Positions 7,242-17,078 of a stretch of DNA of 64,000 nt are shown one piece after another. The DNA comes from an uncultured archaeon (GTDB lineage Archaea > Asgardarchaeota > Thorarchaeia > Thorarchaeales > Thorarchaeaceae): contig CAYWJO010000015.1 of assembly GCA_964458565.1 (NCBI GenBank), positions 1 to 64,000 of the forward strand. Direction: 5' to 3'. The position numbers and the translations under genes are program-made. The first letter of the stretch is position 1. Each line of letters opens with the position of its first letter. Below the pieces are notes generated by a model. It saw only the letters and a program-made list of their open reading frames with translations, was not told the origin of the DNA and searched no databases.

Positions 7242-10093
7242 CTGGTTACATCAGGGTGAGAAAGGCGGAAGAGCATAATCTCAAAGCCATTGATGTGGAC
7301 ATCCCTAGAGACAGGCTCGTGGTAGTCACTGGACCTTCAGGTTCTGGTAAGAGTACTTTGGTCTTTGACACCATATTTGCAGAGGGTCAAAGAAGATATG
7401 TGGAATCGCTGTCTTCTTACGCAAGACGTTTTCTGGGACGATTGGATAAGCCAAAAGTTGAGAGTATTAGTGGACTTCCTCCTGCAATCTCAATTGAACA
7501 GAAGGGGAGATCAAAGAATCCCCGTAGCACAGTAGGTACAAGTACGGAAATTCACGATTATCTCAGATTACTATTTGCGAACATTGGAATTCCACATTGT
7601 GTGAAATGTCGAGAACCGATGGAACAATTGACAGCAGAGTCAGCTGCTAGATTATTACTTGATGAGAATGGCGGACATAGAGTCTATGTCATCGCACCAG
7701 TTGTTAGAGATGAAGCAGGAAAACATGAAGAAAAATTCTCAGGACTGGTTGCCAATGGTTTCGCTCGAGTTCGTGTTGATGGAGAGATACTTGATATTGA
7801 AGGTATCGAAGTTGATGGACGTAAGAAACATGATATCGATGTCGTAGTGGATCGTTTAGAAATTAGTCAGAAGGTACGCGAGAGATTGATAGGGTCTCTT
7901 GAAACTGCTCTTGAAATTGGAGATGGTGTGGCCATCATCGCTCGTGAAGGTGAAGAAGACCTTCGATTTGCAGAACAGCTTATGTGTCCGAAATGTGGTA
8001 TTCAATATGAGAAACTAGGACCAAAGGCGTTTTCGTATAACAGACCTGATGGCGCATGCCCTACATGTAATGGACTAGGTGTAACCATATCTATAGATCC
8101 AGATCTTATAGCTCCTGATGGGAGCATGACAATTTCAGACATAAGTCGAAGAATAAACGATGGTGAACGTTCATGGTTCCTTAGAAGACTCGAGGTCTTG
8201 GGGGAGCATATCGGATTCAATATTGATACAAAATTTGAAGAATTAAACGAAGCCCAGGTTGAAACCTTGATGTGGGGAAGACCAGAGTATATCCTTGAAT
8301 ACACTCAAGAAAGTACGAGTTCATCATGGACAATTACTCGGAAGTGGCTGGGATTAGTGCCTTGGCTGAGGAAACTGTATAATGACTCAAGAAGTGGTGA
8401 CAAATACTGGTATCAACAACGTGCTCAGAGGATAGCAAACGAACTCTCAAGAAGAATTCCTTGTGAATCCTGTGGGGGAAGGAAACTGAAACCAGAGAGC
8501 CTTGCTGTAACAGTAAGTGATGTGCCAATAGATGAAATTACTTCTATGACTATTGAACAGTCACTCTCATTCTTTGAGTCTTTGAAGCTCTCTGAACGCG
8601 ACCAAAAGATTGCAGAATTGGTTTTGAAAGAGATAATAGCTCGACTCAAATTTCTTGTATCGGTAGGTCTAGAGTATCTCAATCTTGATAGATTATCGAT
8701 GACACTGAGTGGTGGGGAATCTCAACGAATTCGATTGGCTACACAAATAGGTTCAGCGCTAACAGGGGTATTGTACTGTTTAGATGAACCCAGTATTGGG
8801 CTTCATCCTAGAGACATTCGACGATTGATTGATACATTCTATCATCTCAGAAGTCTTGGTAATACTGTCGTAGTCATTGAACATGACAGGGACACAATCA
8901 TGGCGGCAGATCATATTCTGGATCTCGGCCCAATGGCGGGAATTCATGGAGGAGAAGTTGTCGCCCAAGGAAGACCATCAGATGTATTGAAAGACCCGAT
9001 ATCACTCACTGCACAATATCTAGCTGGTCAGAAACAGATACCCATACCTGAAAAGCGACGTGAAGGAAATGGGAAATCTATCATCTTAAGAAATGTGCGC
9101 ACTAATAATCTGAAAGGAATAGATGTAGAATTCCCATTAGGAAAATTCGTTTGCATTACGGGAGTGAGTGGTAGCGGGAAAAGTTCCCTGACTCATGAAA
9201 CGTTATACAAGGCATTAGCTCGCAAATTAAATGGGTCTAGTGTTATTCCCGGACCATTCGACTCTATTGAGGGGATAGAGAATATCGACAGATTGGTTTT
9301 AGTTGATCAGTCACCAATAGGGAGAACACCACGTTCGAACCCAGCTACTTATACACAGACCTTTGGAGAGATCAGAAATCTGTTTGCGAAAGTTCCTGAG
9401 GCTAGAAAGCGAGGTTATAGCCCAGGGCGATTCAGTTTCAACACGAGAGATGGCAGGTGTGAGAAGTGCGAGGGAAGTGGAGTGATTCAAGTTGAGATGC
9501 ACTTCATGAGCGACGTCTATATTGTTTGCGATGTCTGTAAGGCAAAAAGATTCGATCGGGAAACTCTTGAAGTCACATACAAGGGGAAGAACGTGACTGA
9601 GGTCTTAGGTATGACAATAGAAGAGGGACTCGAGTTCTTCCAAGATGTGCCTAAAATCGCCGATAGACTTCAGACACTAGTTGATGTAGGGCTTGGTTAT
9701 CTGGAATTAGGACAAGCAGCTACAACATTGAGTGGTGGAGAAGCCCAGAGAATGAAACTCGCTCGTGAACTTTGGCGAAGGTCGACAGGAAACACGTTGT
9801 ACATTCTTGATGAACCGACTACTGGACTCTCAGCTTCTGATGTTCACATTCTACTAAAGGTCATTAGTAGATTAGTCAATGAAGGTAACACAATCATTGT
9901 AATCGAACACAACTTGGAGGTCATAAAAACTTCAGATTGGATCATTGATCTTGGACCCGAAGGAGGTGCCGCTGGAGGGGAAGTAGTTGCGACGGGTAAA
10001 CCTGAAGATCTTGTAGGACTTGTGGAATCACATACAGGATTTCATCTTAGGGGAGTTTTGTATGCGTACAATGCTATTTATGGTGAGTTATAG
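7238..10093 (+). CDS. uvrA: Excinuclease ABC subunit A, paralogue 2
   Basis: Complete UvrA motif set (GPSGSGKS, EGQRRY, LSGGE twice, GRTPRSNPATY, Zn fingers). The likely start is ATA 7238, overlapping the uvrA1 stop; the first canonical start is GTG 7256. Confidence 0.97.
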   Translation: MAGYIRVRKAEEHNLKAIDVDIPRDRLVVVTGPSGSGKSTLVFDTIFAEGQRRYVESLSSYARRFLGRLDKPKVESISGLPPAISIEQKGRSKNPRSTVGTSTEIHDYLRLLFANIGIPHCVKCREPMEQLTAESAARLLLDENGGHRVYVIAPVVRDEAGKHEEKFSGLVANGFARVRVDGEILDIEGIEVDGRKKHDIDVVVDRLEISQKVRERLIGSLETALEIGDGVAIIAREGEEDLRFAEQLMCPKCGIQYEKLGPKAFSYNRPDGACPTCNGLGVTISIDPDLIAPDGSMTISDISRRINDGERSWFLRRLEVLGEHIGFNIDTKFEELNEAQVETLMWGRPEYILEYTQESTSSSWTITRKWLGLVPWLRKLYNDSRSGDKYWYQQRAQRIANELSRRIPCESCGGRKLKPESLAVTVSDVPIDEITSMTIEQSLSFFESLKLSERDQKIAELVLKEIIARLKFLVSVGLEYLNLDRLSMTLSGGESQRIRLATQIGSALTGVLYCLDEPSIGLHPRDIRRLIDTFYHLRSLGNTVVVIEHDRDTIMAADHILDLGPMAGIHGGEVVAQGRPSDVLKDPISLTAQYLAGQKQIPIPEKRREGNGKSIILRNVRTNNLKGIDVEFPLGKFVCITGVSGSGKSSLTHETLYKALARKLNGSSVIPGPFDSIEGIENIDRLVLVDQSPIGRTPRSNPATYTQTFGEIRNLFAKVPEARKRGYSPGRFSFNTRDGRCEKCEGSGVIQVEMHFMSDVYIVCDVCKAKRFDRETLEVTYKGKNVTEVLGMTIEEGLEFFQDVPKIADRLQTLVDVGLGYLELGQAATTLSGGEAQRMKLARELWRRSTGNTLYILDEPTTGLSASDVHILLKVISRLVNEGNTIIVIEHNLEVIKTSDWIIDLGPEGGAAGGEVVATGKPEDLVGLVESHTGFHLRGVLYAYNAIYGEL

Positions 10094-10156
10094 AAGTTTA
10101 CAAACCCAAAGCCTGAATTAGATGTTAGGTTTAGTATAGATAAGCCGGGAATCTCG

Positions 10157-11971
10157 ATGAACGACCTCCAAAGACTTGCACAGGACCTTCCTGAAGAGCC
10201 AGGAGTCTATATGTGGAAAGATGAGAAGGGTGAGATTCTCTATATTGGAAAATCCAAGTTCCTCAGGAGAAGGGTTGGGTCATATCTAAGAAGACATGGA
10301 CTTATGCGTAGGACATGAGAAATGATCCAGCGTGCACGAGACCTTGAGGTAATCGTGACTACCACAGAAAAAGAAGCACTTCTTCTTGAAGCCACCCTAA
10401 TCAAAAAACACCTGCCACCTTTCAATCTCGCATTAAAGGATGACAAGAGGCACGCTTGGATTCGGATGAATCCGAATGATGAAGTACCAACATTCAACAT
10501 AACTCGTGAGTATGAGAACGATAGTGCTACCTATTATGGTCCATTTGGTAGCGTCAAACGTCTTGAGAAATTCCTAGACACAATAAGAAGACATATTCCA
10601 ATTGCAATGTGTGGCGAACCTCTGATGGTAAAACGAGAATGCATTGATTTCCATTTGAAGCGATGTTCAGGTCCATGTTTTGATAGGAACATAACACGTG
10701 AGGAATATATGGACCTAGTAAAACAAATGGCGATGTACCTTGAAGGTAGATTGGAGGAGCTTACAGATCTGGTAGAACAGAGAATGGAGGAAGCATCTGC
10801 AAACCTTGAATTTGAGAAAGCTGCGGCTCTCAGAGACCGTTTAAACGATATTCACATTGTGATGCGACGACAGAAGGTGGTGGAGGTAAATGGCGTCAAT
10901 CGAGATGTGATTGGAATTGCACGTACTGAACAAGCTGCTCTAATTGAGCTTTTACTCATTCGGAATGGGCGACTGTTGGGTCATGATAATTTCTTTTGGG
11001 AAATTGATCTGGAAACAAAAGATACCGAGATACTTACTACGTTTGTTGAACAATTCTATTTTACCTTACCACAATTACCTGATGAAATTCTCCTTCCGTG
11101 CGCGATACCAGATCTTGTACAGTATAATGAATGGTTGACTGAATCAAGAACAAGACCTGTCAAGATAATAGTGCCAGAATCAGGAAAACCAAGAGAGTTG
11201 GTTGAGATGGCAAATACTAATGCCGATAGAGCACTTCGTAAGATGCTGATTCTGGGAGACACTAATGGAGAGATCATCTCAAAGGGAGTCAAAGAACTGA
11301 AAGATACACTCGGTCTCAAGATAGCACCTATGCATATCGAAGGATTTGATATTGCGAATATACAGGGCACAGATCCAACAGGATCATGTGTCGTATTCAT
11401 TAACGGGCAACCAGAAAACAAGATGTATAGAATGTTTAAGATAAGAATCAAAGAGACTCCTGATGATTATGCAATGATGCGTGAGGTTGTGTATCGTAGA
11501 TATCGGGGGGTAATGGAAAGAGGTGACGATTTTCCCGACCTAATTCTTATTGATGGAGGAAAGGGACAGCTAAATGTCGCACTTGATGCGATACAAGAAC
11601 TTGGATTAGATGAGTTGAATGTAGCTTCCTTGGCTAAGAGAGAGGAAACATTGTATACTAGAGACTTACCAGATGGAGTGTTGCTTGATTGGGGTTCAGA
11701 AGGTTTGCATCTTGTTCAGAGAATAAGAGATGAGGCACATCGGTTCGCCCAACGTTATCACCACAAGCTACGAGAGAAAAGAGTCACGGGTTCTATTCTT
11801 GAAGAAGCACCAGGAATCGGGCCTAAAAGAAGATCCGCGCTCCTTCGAGCGTTTGGTAGTTATCACAAGATTCGTGAAACCAGCTGGGAGTTCTTAGCCA
11901 TGGTTGATGGGATGACAGAAGCATCAGCAAGAACATTGCGAGCGTGGATAGATGAAGAGGACCCACTCTGA
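10157..11971 (+). CDS. uvrC: Excinuclease ABC subunit C with an in-frame TGA at codon 54 (10316-10318); possible pseudogene
   Basis: The N-terminal GIY-YIG part ([12 protein letters not shown]...[15 protein letters not shown]) is in frame with the 10322 ORF. That ORF has EALLLE, a Cys-rich region, a UVR domain, an RNase H-like domain ([26 protein letters not shown]) and HhH (PGIGPKR). Confidence 0.95.
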
Positions 11972-11982
11972 GATTAGATAGA

Positions 11983-13515
11983 TTATTCACGTTGTTCAGG
12001 CGGTTTTTTCCCCAAGATGTCCTCTTTTGGAGAAGTAATTTTAGGTTGGGTCTTTTCTTTGGGGGATTTTAATTTCACACTCCTCGTAGGTGATTCTTTG
12101 TGCTTTGCTGAAGTCATTGACAGCGGAATAAGTGGGGAAGCATCATCGAGAAGTGATGTCTTTAGGAGGGCATAAAGATTGTTTCTTCGTCTACTATAAA
12201 GAAGATAGACAACCAATCCACAAAGACTAATCAACCCACCAAGAATCAAGGTTTCGAAATGGAGACTTGGAATCAATATGAGACAGGTAATAACTCCAAG
12301 TAGTGGAATTGCCGGATAGAAGCGCGATTTGAATGTACCGGGTACACTCAATCCTTTTTCTCTCAGAAAAATGACTGAGAGATTTACAATGGATAAGCCA
12401 ATTAAATACCCGAAATCAGAAAGCGATGCTACAAATGTAACATCTCCCGAAGCAGCAAAGGCACATACCAAAATCAGTGTAATAATGAGAGCAGGGATTG
12501 GAGTTTTGAATTTCTTATTGACAGATTCAAAAAAACTAGGAAAGTATCTGTCGCGTCCCATTGAATACGCGACTCTCGCAGCGGCCAAGAATGTTGCATT
12601 TAATGCAGCATAATTTGATGCCGCCATACCAGCAAGTGCGAAATAGAACGCCCCTCTCCCAAAAATAAGCTCATAGACATCGGATATTGGAACGTTAGAG
12701 TTGGCAATTCCTTGATATGGAAAGTCTACACTAGGATTTGGAACTCCCACCATCACTAATGAAGCTAGCATGTAAATTCCTGTTGCTATGATGAGTGTCA
12801 GCATAATGGCACGTGGAATATTCTTCGCTGGATCCTTAATTTCTTCACTAGCAGTTGTGATAAGCTCAAATCCCACGAAACTGATATAGATAAATGAAAT
12901 AGTACCCATGAATGTGAAAAACGTGGAATCGGGTTTGAAAACCGGACCGATTACCCCAGGATCTATGAAAAATAGACCAATGAAAATAAACGAGAAGAGC
13001 ACAATTGACTGAGCAATGTTTAGGATTCCAAGAACTCCTGTTACACCCTTGATACTGATCAGGTTGGTGACAAAAGTGATAGCTATGAAAAAAATAGCTA
13101 TTGGACCAACAATCTGTAGAGTTTCCCCGGGAAGAAATGCTGCAAGTGTGTGAGCAACAGCTAAAGCATATAATCCACAGGCAAGTACATTACCAATGAA
13201 AAGAAACCATCCTGTGAGGAAGGCAGGAAATCCGCCAATAGTGTCATGAGCAAATGTATATCCACCACCCTCTTTTGGTATAGAACATGCGAGCTCAGCA
13301 TAGTTTATTGCCGTAAAAATCGTAAGTGCACCAGTTACAAAATATGCAAGTACAATGGCAGGTCCAATCATCCCAGCAGCAGTACCTGAGATAACATAGA
13401 TACCACCACCAAGCATTGCACCAAGACCAATGTTTGTCGCTCCTATAAGACCGAGACGGCGAGAGAACTTACTACTTTGTTGTTCTGAACTCGCAACCTC
13501 AACCAAGAAATTCAC
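11983..13515 (-). CDS. APC-family amino acid permease
   Basis: GAMLGGGIY, NYAELA.SIP.EGGGY, SFVGFE, EEIKDP.KNIP; about 12 TM. Confidence 0.93.
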   Translation of the reverse strand: MNFLVEVASSEQQSSKFSRRLGLIGATNIGLGAMLGGGIYVISGTAAGMIGPAIVLAYFVTGALTIFTAINYAELACSIPKEGGGYTFAHDTIGGFPAFLTGWFLFIGNVLACGLYALAVAHTLAAFLPGETLQIVGPIAIFFIAITFVTNLISIKGVTGVLGILNIAQSIVLFSFIFIGLFFIDPGVIGPVFKPDSTFFTFMGTISFIYISFVGFELITTASEEIKDPAKNIPRAIMLTLIIATGIYMLASLVMVGVPNPSVDFPYQGIANSNVPISDVYELIFGRGAFYFALAGMAASNYAALNATFLAAARVAYSMGRDRYFPSFFESVNKKFKTPIPALIITLILVCAFAASGDVTFVASLSDFGYLIGLSIVNLSVIFLREKGLSVPGTFKSRFYPAIPLLGVITCLILIPSLHFETLILGGLISLCGLVVYLLYSRRRNNLYALLKTSLLDDASPLIPLSMTSAKHKESPTRSVKLKSPKEKTQPKITSPKEDILGKKPPEQRE

Positions 13516-13765
13516 CAGCTATAGAAACTATGTCCCAGAAATCCTCTTGTATTTCCATTGGAGCCAAATATTCAACTTTTGAATGTATTGCTGTTACAAA
13601 AAACGATGGAGAGCATTTGTTGGAAAACAGAAACAGTAACTTACAGTAGTTCCCAAAAAAATGTTATAATCAAGAGTGTGCATTCATAACCCCGAAGTTT
13701 AAATGGGATATGTGAACGCATCCAAATGTCGGACAATTAAAAGTCCGTGTGCGAAGTGAATAGAA

Positions 13766-13951
13766 ATGATCTGGAAAGTAACAGACGCATGCACTGCTTG
13801 TGGAACTTGTGCTGATGTGTGCCCAGTAGACCCAACACTCTACATCATCAAAGAGATGGCAGAGTACCAAGTTGGTCGTGCTGATGAATGCACTGAATGC
13901 TACGCTTGTGTTGATAGTTGCCCTGAGGGTGCTATTGAAGAAGCCGAGTAA
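13766..13951 (+). CDS. 2x[4Fe-4S] dicluster ferredoxin
   Basis: CTACGTCADVCP and CTECYACVDSCP motifs. Confidence 0.95.
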   Translation: MIWKVTDACTACGTCADVCPVDPTLYIIKEMAEYQVGRADECTECYACVDSCPEGAIEEAE

Positions 13952-13981
13952 TCGCAGCACATAGAAACACAAAGAAGACCT

Positions 13982-14020
13982 GACAGGGATGACTTTGGTC
14001 ATCCATTTGTCGTCCCTGTC
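13982..14020 (+). terminator. Hairpin downstream of the ferredoxin (two alternative folds)
   Basis: GACAGGGATGAC pairs with GTCGTCCCTGTC; alternatively GGATGAC pairs with GTCATCC. Confidence 0.5.
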
Positions 14021-14132
14021 GTTGACATTTCCAGTTTCTATTATAACGTGGAATTATGAGATATTCCCCAAGTATTATTAGCAATTCTGCAATTCTTAAG
14101 ACCTAATAATATCCGCGAATAGGAGCGCGCTG

Positions 14133-16313
14133 ATGATGCGTAAAAATGCAATATTATTCATACTAATTATTTTACTACCTGTTGGATTCGCCGCGATATC
14201 AACGGCACCAACAGTATCTGTAATTCAAGATGTACAATACTTACCTTCAGAGTTTACATTGCAAACATTCGAGAGAAATATGAATGTAACAGCATATGTT
14301 ACTCCAGACTTTGTAAATGAAACACTCACACGTTTCTTGTATTCTGCAAAGGAAAGTATTTACATCGAAATCTACCAATTCAATAGTCCAGCGATTCTAT
14401 CTCTCATAAACGATATCAAGAATTCAAATCCATCTATTGATATCAAATTGATGTTGAGTGAACATGTAGTAGATGGGAGTTCAGAAAATATCTATACGGC
14501 GTGGAACTTAACTCAACTAGGAATTCCAGTTCGATGGACTTCGGATATCTTTGATTTTTCACATCAAAAATTCATAATCATTGACAATATCACCACAATC
14601 GTTCAAGCAGGAAACTGGGCGAAGCTAAGCGTTCCGTTAAATGACTGGATATATCAGAAATATCAAAACATGTATTGGAAGAACTATAAAGCGAATCGAG
14701 AGTTCAATATTGCAATGACCGATACAGAAGTGACCGGTTATTACAGAGACGTCTTTGACAATGATTGGAGTATCGGTACAGAGTACAATGAAACTATTGA
14801 TGGAACTGGAACTGTTCTAGAATGGGGTTCTCTTTCATTTTCATACTATCCCAGAGTATTCAACTATAGCACAGAATTTACAGGAGATATGAAAGTCACA
14901 CCAATAGTCAGTCCAGACACAAGTCTGGAGGGTATTCTCTGGTGCATCAGCAGTGCGAAGTACACACTAGACATCGAAATTCCGTATACTTACAATGGAA
15001 CCACTGCAATTACTCAAATTGTAGATGCAATTATCGCAGCAAAAGAAAGAGGCGTTAATGTCAGGATTATTGCAGATGGTACCAAGGAACAGAATGAAGA
15101 ACTTGCCCCCGAGCTTGCCAAACATGGCATTCAGATGGCATGGATGGATACGAGATTTTTTGCTAGCATACACAACAAGGCAATAATTGTTGATGGCCAG
15201 ATGATTCTCATTTCAAGTATCAACTGGAGTGAAACTAGTGTGACAGCAAACAGAGAAGCGGGAGTGATCATCGAGCACGAAGGCGTTGCACAGTGGTATC
15301 AAGCAGTTTTCGATTATGATTGGGGAATGGCCTCAAATGAGGTTTCAGATGGCGTAAACATAGGTTGGGAACCAGTAGTACCATCCAGTACAGATACAAT
15401 CAATGTGTCAGTCTACGCTCACTTAGTTAATGGCAGTGAGAATCTCGATGATGTAATTCTGAGTGTAAAAATAGATGATGGTTTATGGGAGAATCACTCG
15501 ATTTTGGAGAACATCTATCTTTCAGGTGAAGTGAATTATGAGAATTACTTCTATGAGATAAGTCCACAAGCTGATGGTACCAACATCACTGTGAAAGCCT
15601 ACATCGAAGTAGCAGGACTCTGGAACTCGAGTATGGACACTGTAATCCATGTTGCTGATATCTCGGAGGAACCAGTTACTCCAGGGGTACACATTGATTC
15701 ACCAAGTGATGTGACCTACGAGTATGGTGATACTGGAAATAGTATCACGTGGAATCCAACTTCAACCAATGAAACAGATTCCTATACTATTACTATGAAT
15801 GGAACAGAAGTCGAATCTGGAGATTGGGATGGAACAGCGATTACCATAGATGTTGATGGTTTGTCACTAGGAACTTATGTCTACTCTCTGACAGTAAATG
15901 ACACTTTAGGCAATGAAGCGAGTGACACAGTGAACGTGTTTGTAGTCGATACAACAAACCCAACAATCAATAGTCCAAATGATATCACCTATGTTAGGGG
16001 AGAAACCGGTAACTCGATTACATGGTCTCCAAGCGATGAATTTCCATCGTCATATGTCATTCAACGGGGTGGTGTCGAGGTCGATGCGGGTTCATGGGAT
16101 GGAACATCTATTTCCTGGTCAGTAGATGGCCTTGAAGCGGGAACATACCAATTCACTCTAATCGTCGTAGATACTAGTGGCAATTCAAATACCGATTCGG
16201 TTATTGTCACCGTTAATCCGACTCAAATGGATCAATTGATTCTCTATGGTGTAATTGCAATAGGAGCTCTAGTTGTCGTTATTATAGGTGTCTTCTCGCA
16301 GAAAAGAAAATAG
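14133..16313 (+). CDS. Membrane-anchored extracellular phospholipase D-superfamily protein with Ig-like repeats
   Basis: Signal peptide, two HKD motifs (HQKFIIID, HNKAIIVD) each followed by NRE, two roughly 90-aa Ig-like repeats (SPxDxTY..G.TGNSITW), and a C-terminal TM plus KRK. Confidence 0.9.
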   Translation: MMRKNAILFILIILLPVGFAAISTAPTVSVIQDVQYLPSEFTLQTFERNMNVTAYVTPDFVNETLTRFLYSAKESIYIEIYQFNSPAILSLINDIKNSNPSIDIKLMLSEHVVDGSSENIYTAWNLTQLGIPVRWTSDIFDFSHQKFIIIDNITTIVQAGNWAKLSVPLNDWIYQKYQNMYWKNYKANREFNIAMTDTEVTGYYRDVFDNDWSIGTEYNETIDGTGTVLEWGSLSFSYYPRVFNYSTEFTGDMKVTPIVSPDTSLEGILWCISSAKYTLDIEIPYTYNGTTAITQIVDAIIAAKERGVNVRIIADGTKEQNEELAPELAKHGIQMAWMDTRFFASIHNKAIIVDGQMILISSINWSETSVTANREAGVIIEHEGVAQWYQAVFDYDWGMASNEVSDGVNIGWEPVVPSSTDTINVSVYAHLVNGSENLDDVILSVKIDDGLWENHSILENIYLSGEVNYENYFYEISPQADGTNITVKAYIEVAGLWNSSMDTVIHVADISEEPVTPGVHIDSPSDVTYEYGDTGNSITWNPTSTNETDSYTITMNGTEVESGDWDGTAITIDVDGLSLGTYVYSLTVNDTLGNEASDTVNVFVVDTTNPTINSPNDITYVRGETGNSITWSPSDEFPSSYVIQRGGVEVDAGSWDGTSISWSVDGLEAGTYQFTLIVVDTSGNSNTDSVIVTVNPTQMDQLILYGVIAIGALVVVIIGVFSQKRK

Positions 16314-16322
16314 ACAGTCTAA

Positions 16323-16362
16323 GACCCCCCTCAAACTTGAGGGGTGTCATTCTCTTTTTTTT
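16323..16362 (+). terminator. Hairpin plus T-tract terminator
   Basis: CCCCTCAA-AC-TTGAGGGG inverted repeat followed by TTCTCTTTTTTTT. Confidence 0.65.
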
Positions 16363-16951
16363 ATGATGATTCAGCAAATTCAGCAAACCTATCACAGCTC
16401 TCTGCGTCTTGATTTTCTCCACGTTTTCTGTGAAGACTAGCCGCAATTCGATAAGAACGTGCTACTTCAGGCCATCGCTCTTTTGCATCCAAACATAGAG
16501 CGAGCGCTTTCCAGGTTTCCGGATTATCTGAATCGCGAGAGATTGCTTGATTATAGGCATCGATGGCTTCATCAATCTTCAACTCACTCTCAAGAGCTCT
16601 CGCCTTTTTCACCCATAATTCAGAACTGGTTGGAATCTGTGTGAGACCCAATTCCGCAGCTTCAAGAGCATCATTGAATGAGCCTGTTGATAGATGTGCT
16701 TCAGCCTTATTGGAATGTGCTCTATAATCACTTGGATTGATTGAAATTGCCATGTCGAAGGCTACAACAGCCTGAACCTGTTCTCCAATCTTAATATGGA
16801 CCAAACCCATTTCATTCAATGCATCAAGACTATCAGGATCTAACTGAAGAGCCTCTCGATATGCATCTATAGCTTTCTTATTCTGGCCTTGGATGAATAG
16901 GTTACGAGCTTTATTCATTAGTTCTGCAAAAGCAGGGTCCACAATTGTCAT
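16361..16951 (-). CDS. Tetratricopeptide repeat protein
   Basis: About five TPR motifs (AIDAYREALQLDPDS, AFDMAISINPSD, AYNQAISRDSDNPETW). Confidence 0.9.
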   Translation of the reverse strand: MTIVDPAFAELMNKARNLFIQGQNKKAIDAYREALQLDPDSLDALNEMGLVHIKIGEQVQAVVAFDMAISINPSDYRAHSNKAEAHLSTGSFNDALEAAELGLTQIPTSSELWVKKARALESELKIDEAIDAYNQAISRDSDNPETWKALALCLDAKERWPEVARSYRIAASLHRKRGENQDAESCDRFAEFAESS

Positions 16952-17078
16952 AGCATTAGCCCGACTTAGTTTACTATTAATGCTTATTATGGTGGAATAA
17001 TCAATATTGCAGTATAGGTGTTTGACAACAAGGGTTTTAACGTGGACAATATCACCTCACTTGTTCATTGCCTGAGGA

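Noticed and set aside
10316-10318. Genome-wide TGA=Trp/Gly reassignment
   Set aside because: TGA ends well-defined genes (uvrC itself, desulforedoxin, TPR 25365, MDR) and TGG is used normally; only one internal TGA was seen.
13982-14020. SECIS element serving the uvrC TGA
   Set aside because: It lies 2 kb away beyond an oppositely oriented gene and lacks a tandem GA/GA core with apical adenosines.
15670-16220. Repeated DNA in the PLD gene
   Set aside because: Explained by two Ig-like protein repeats; not a CRISPR or mobile repeat.
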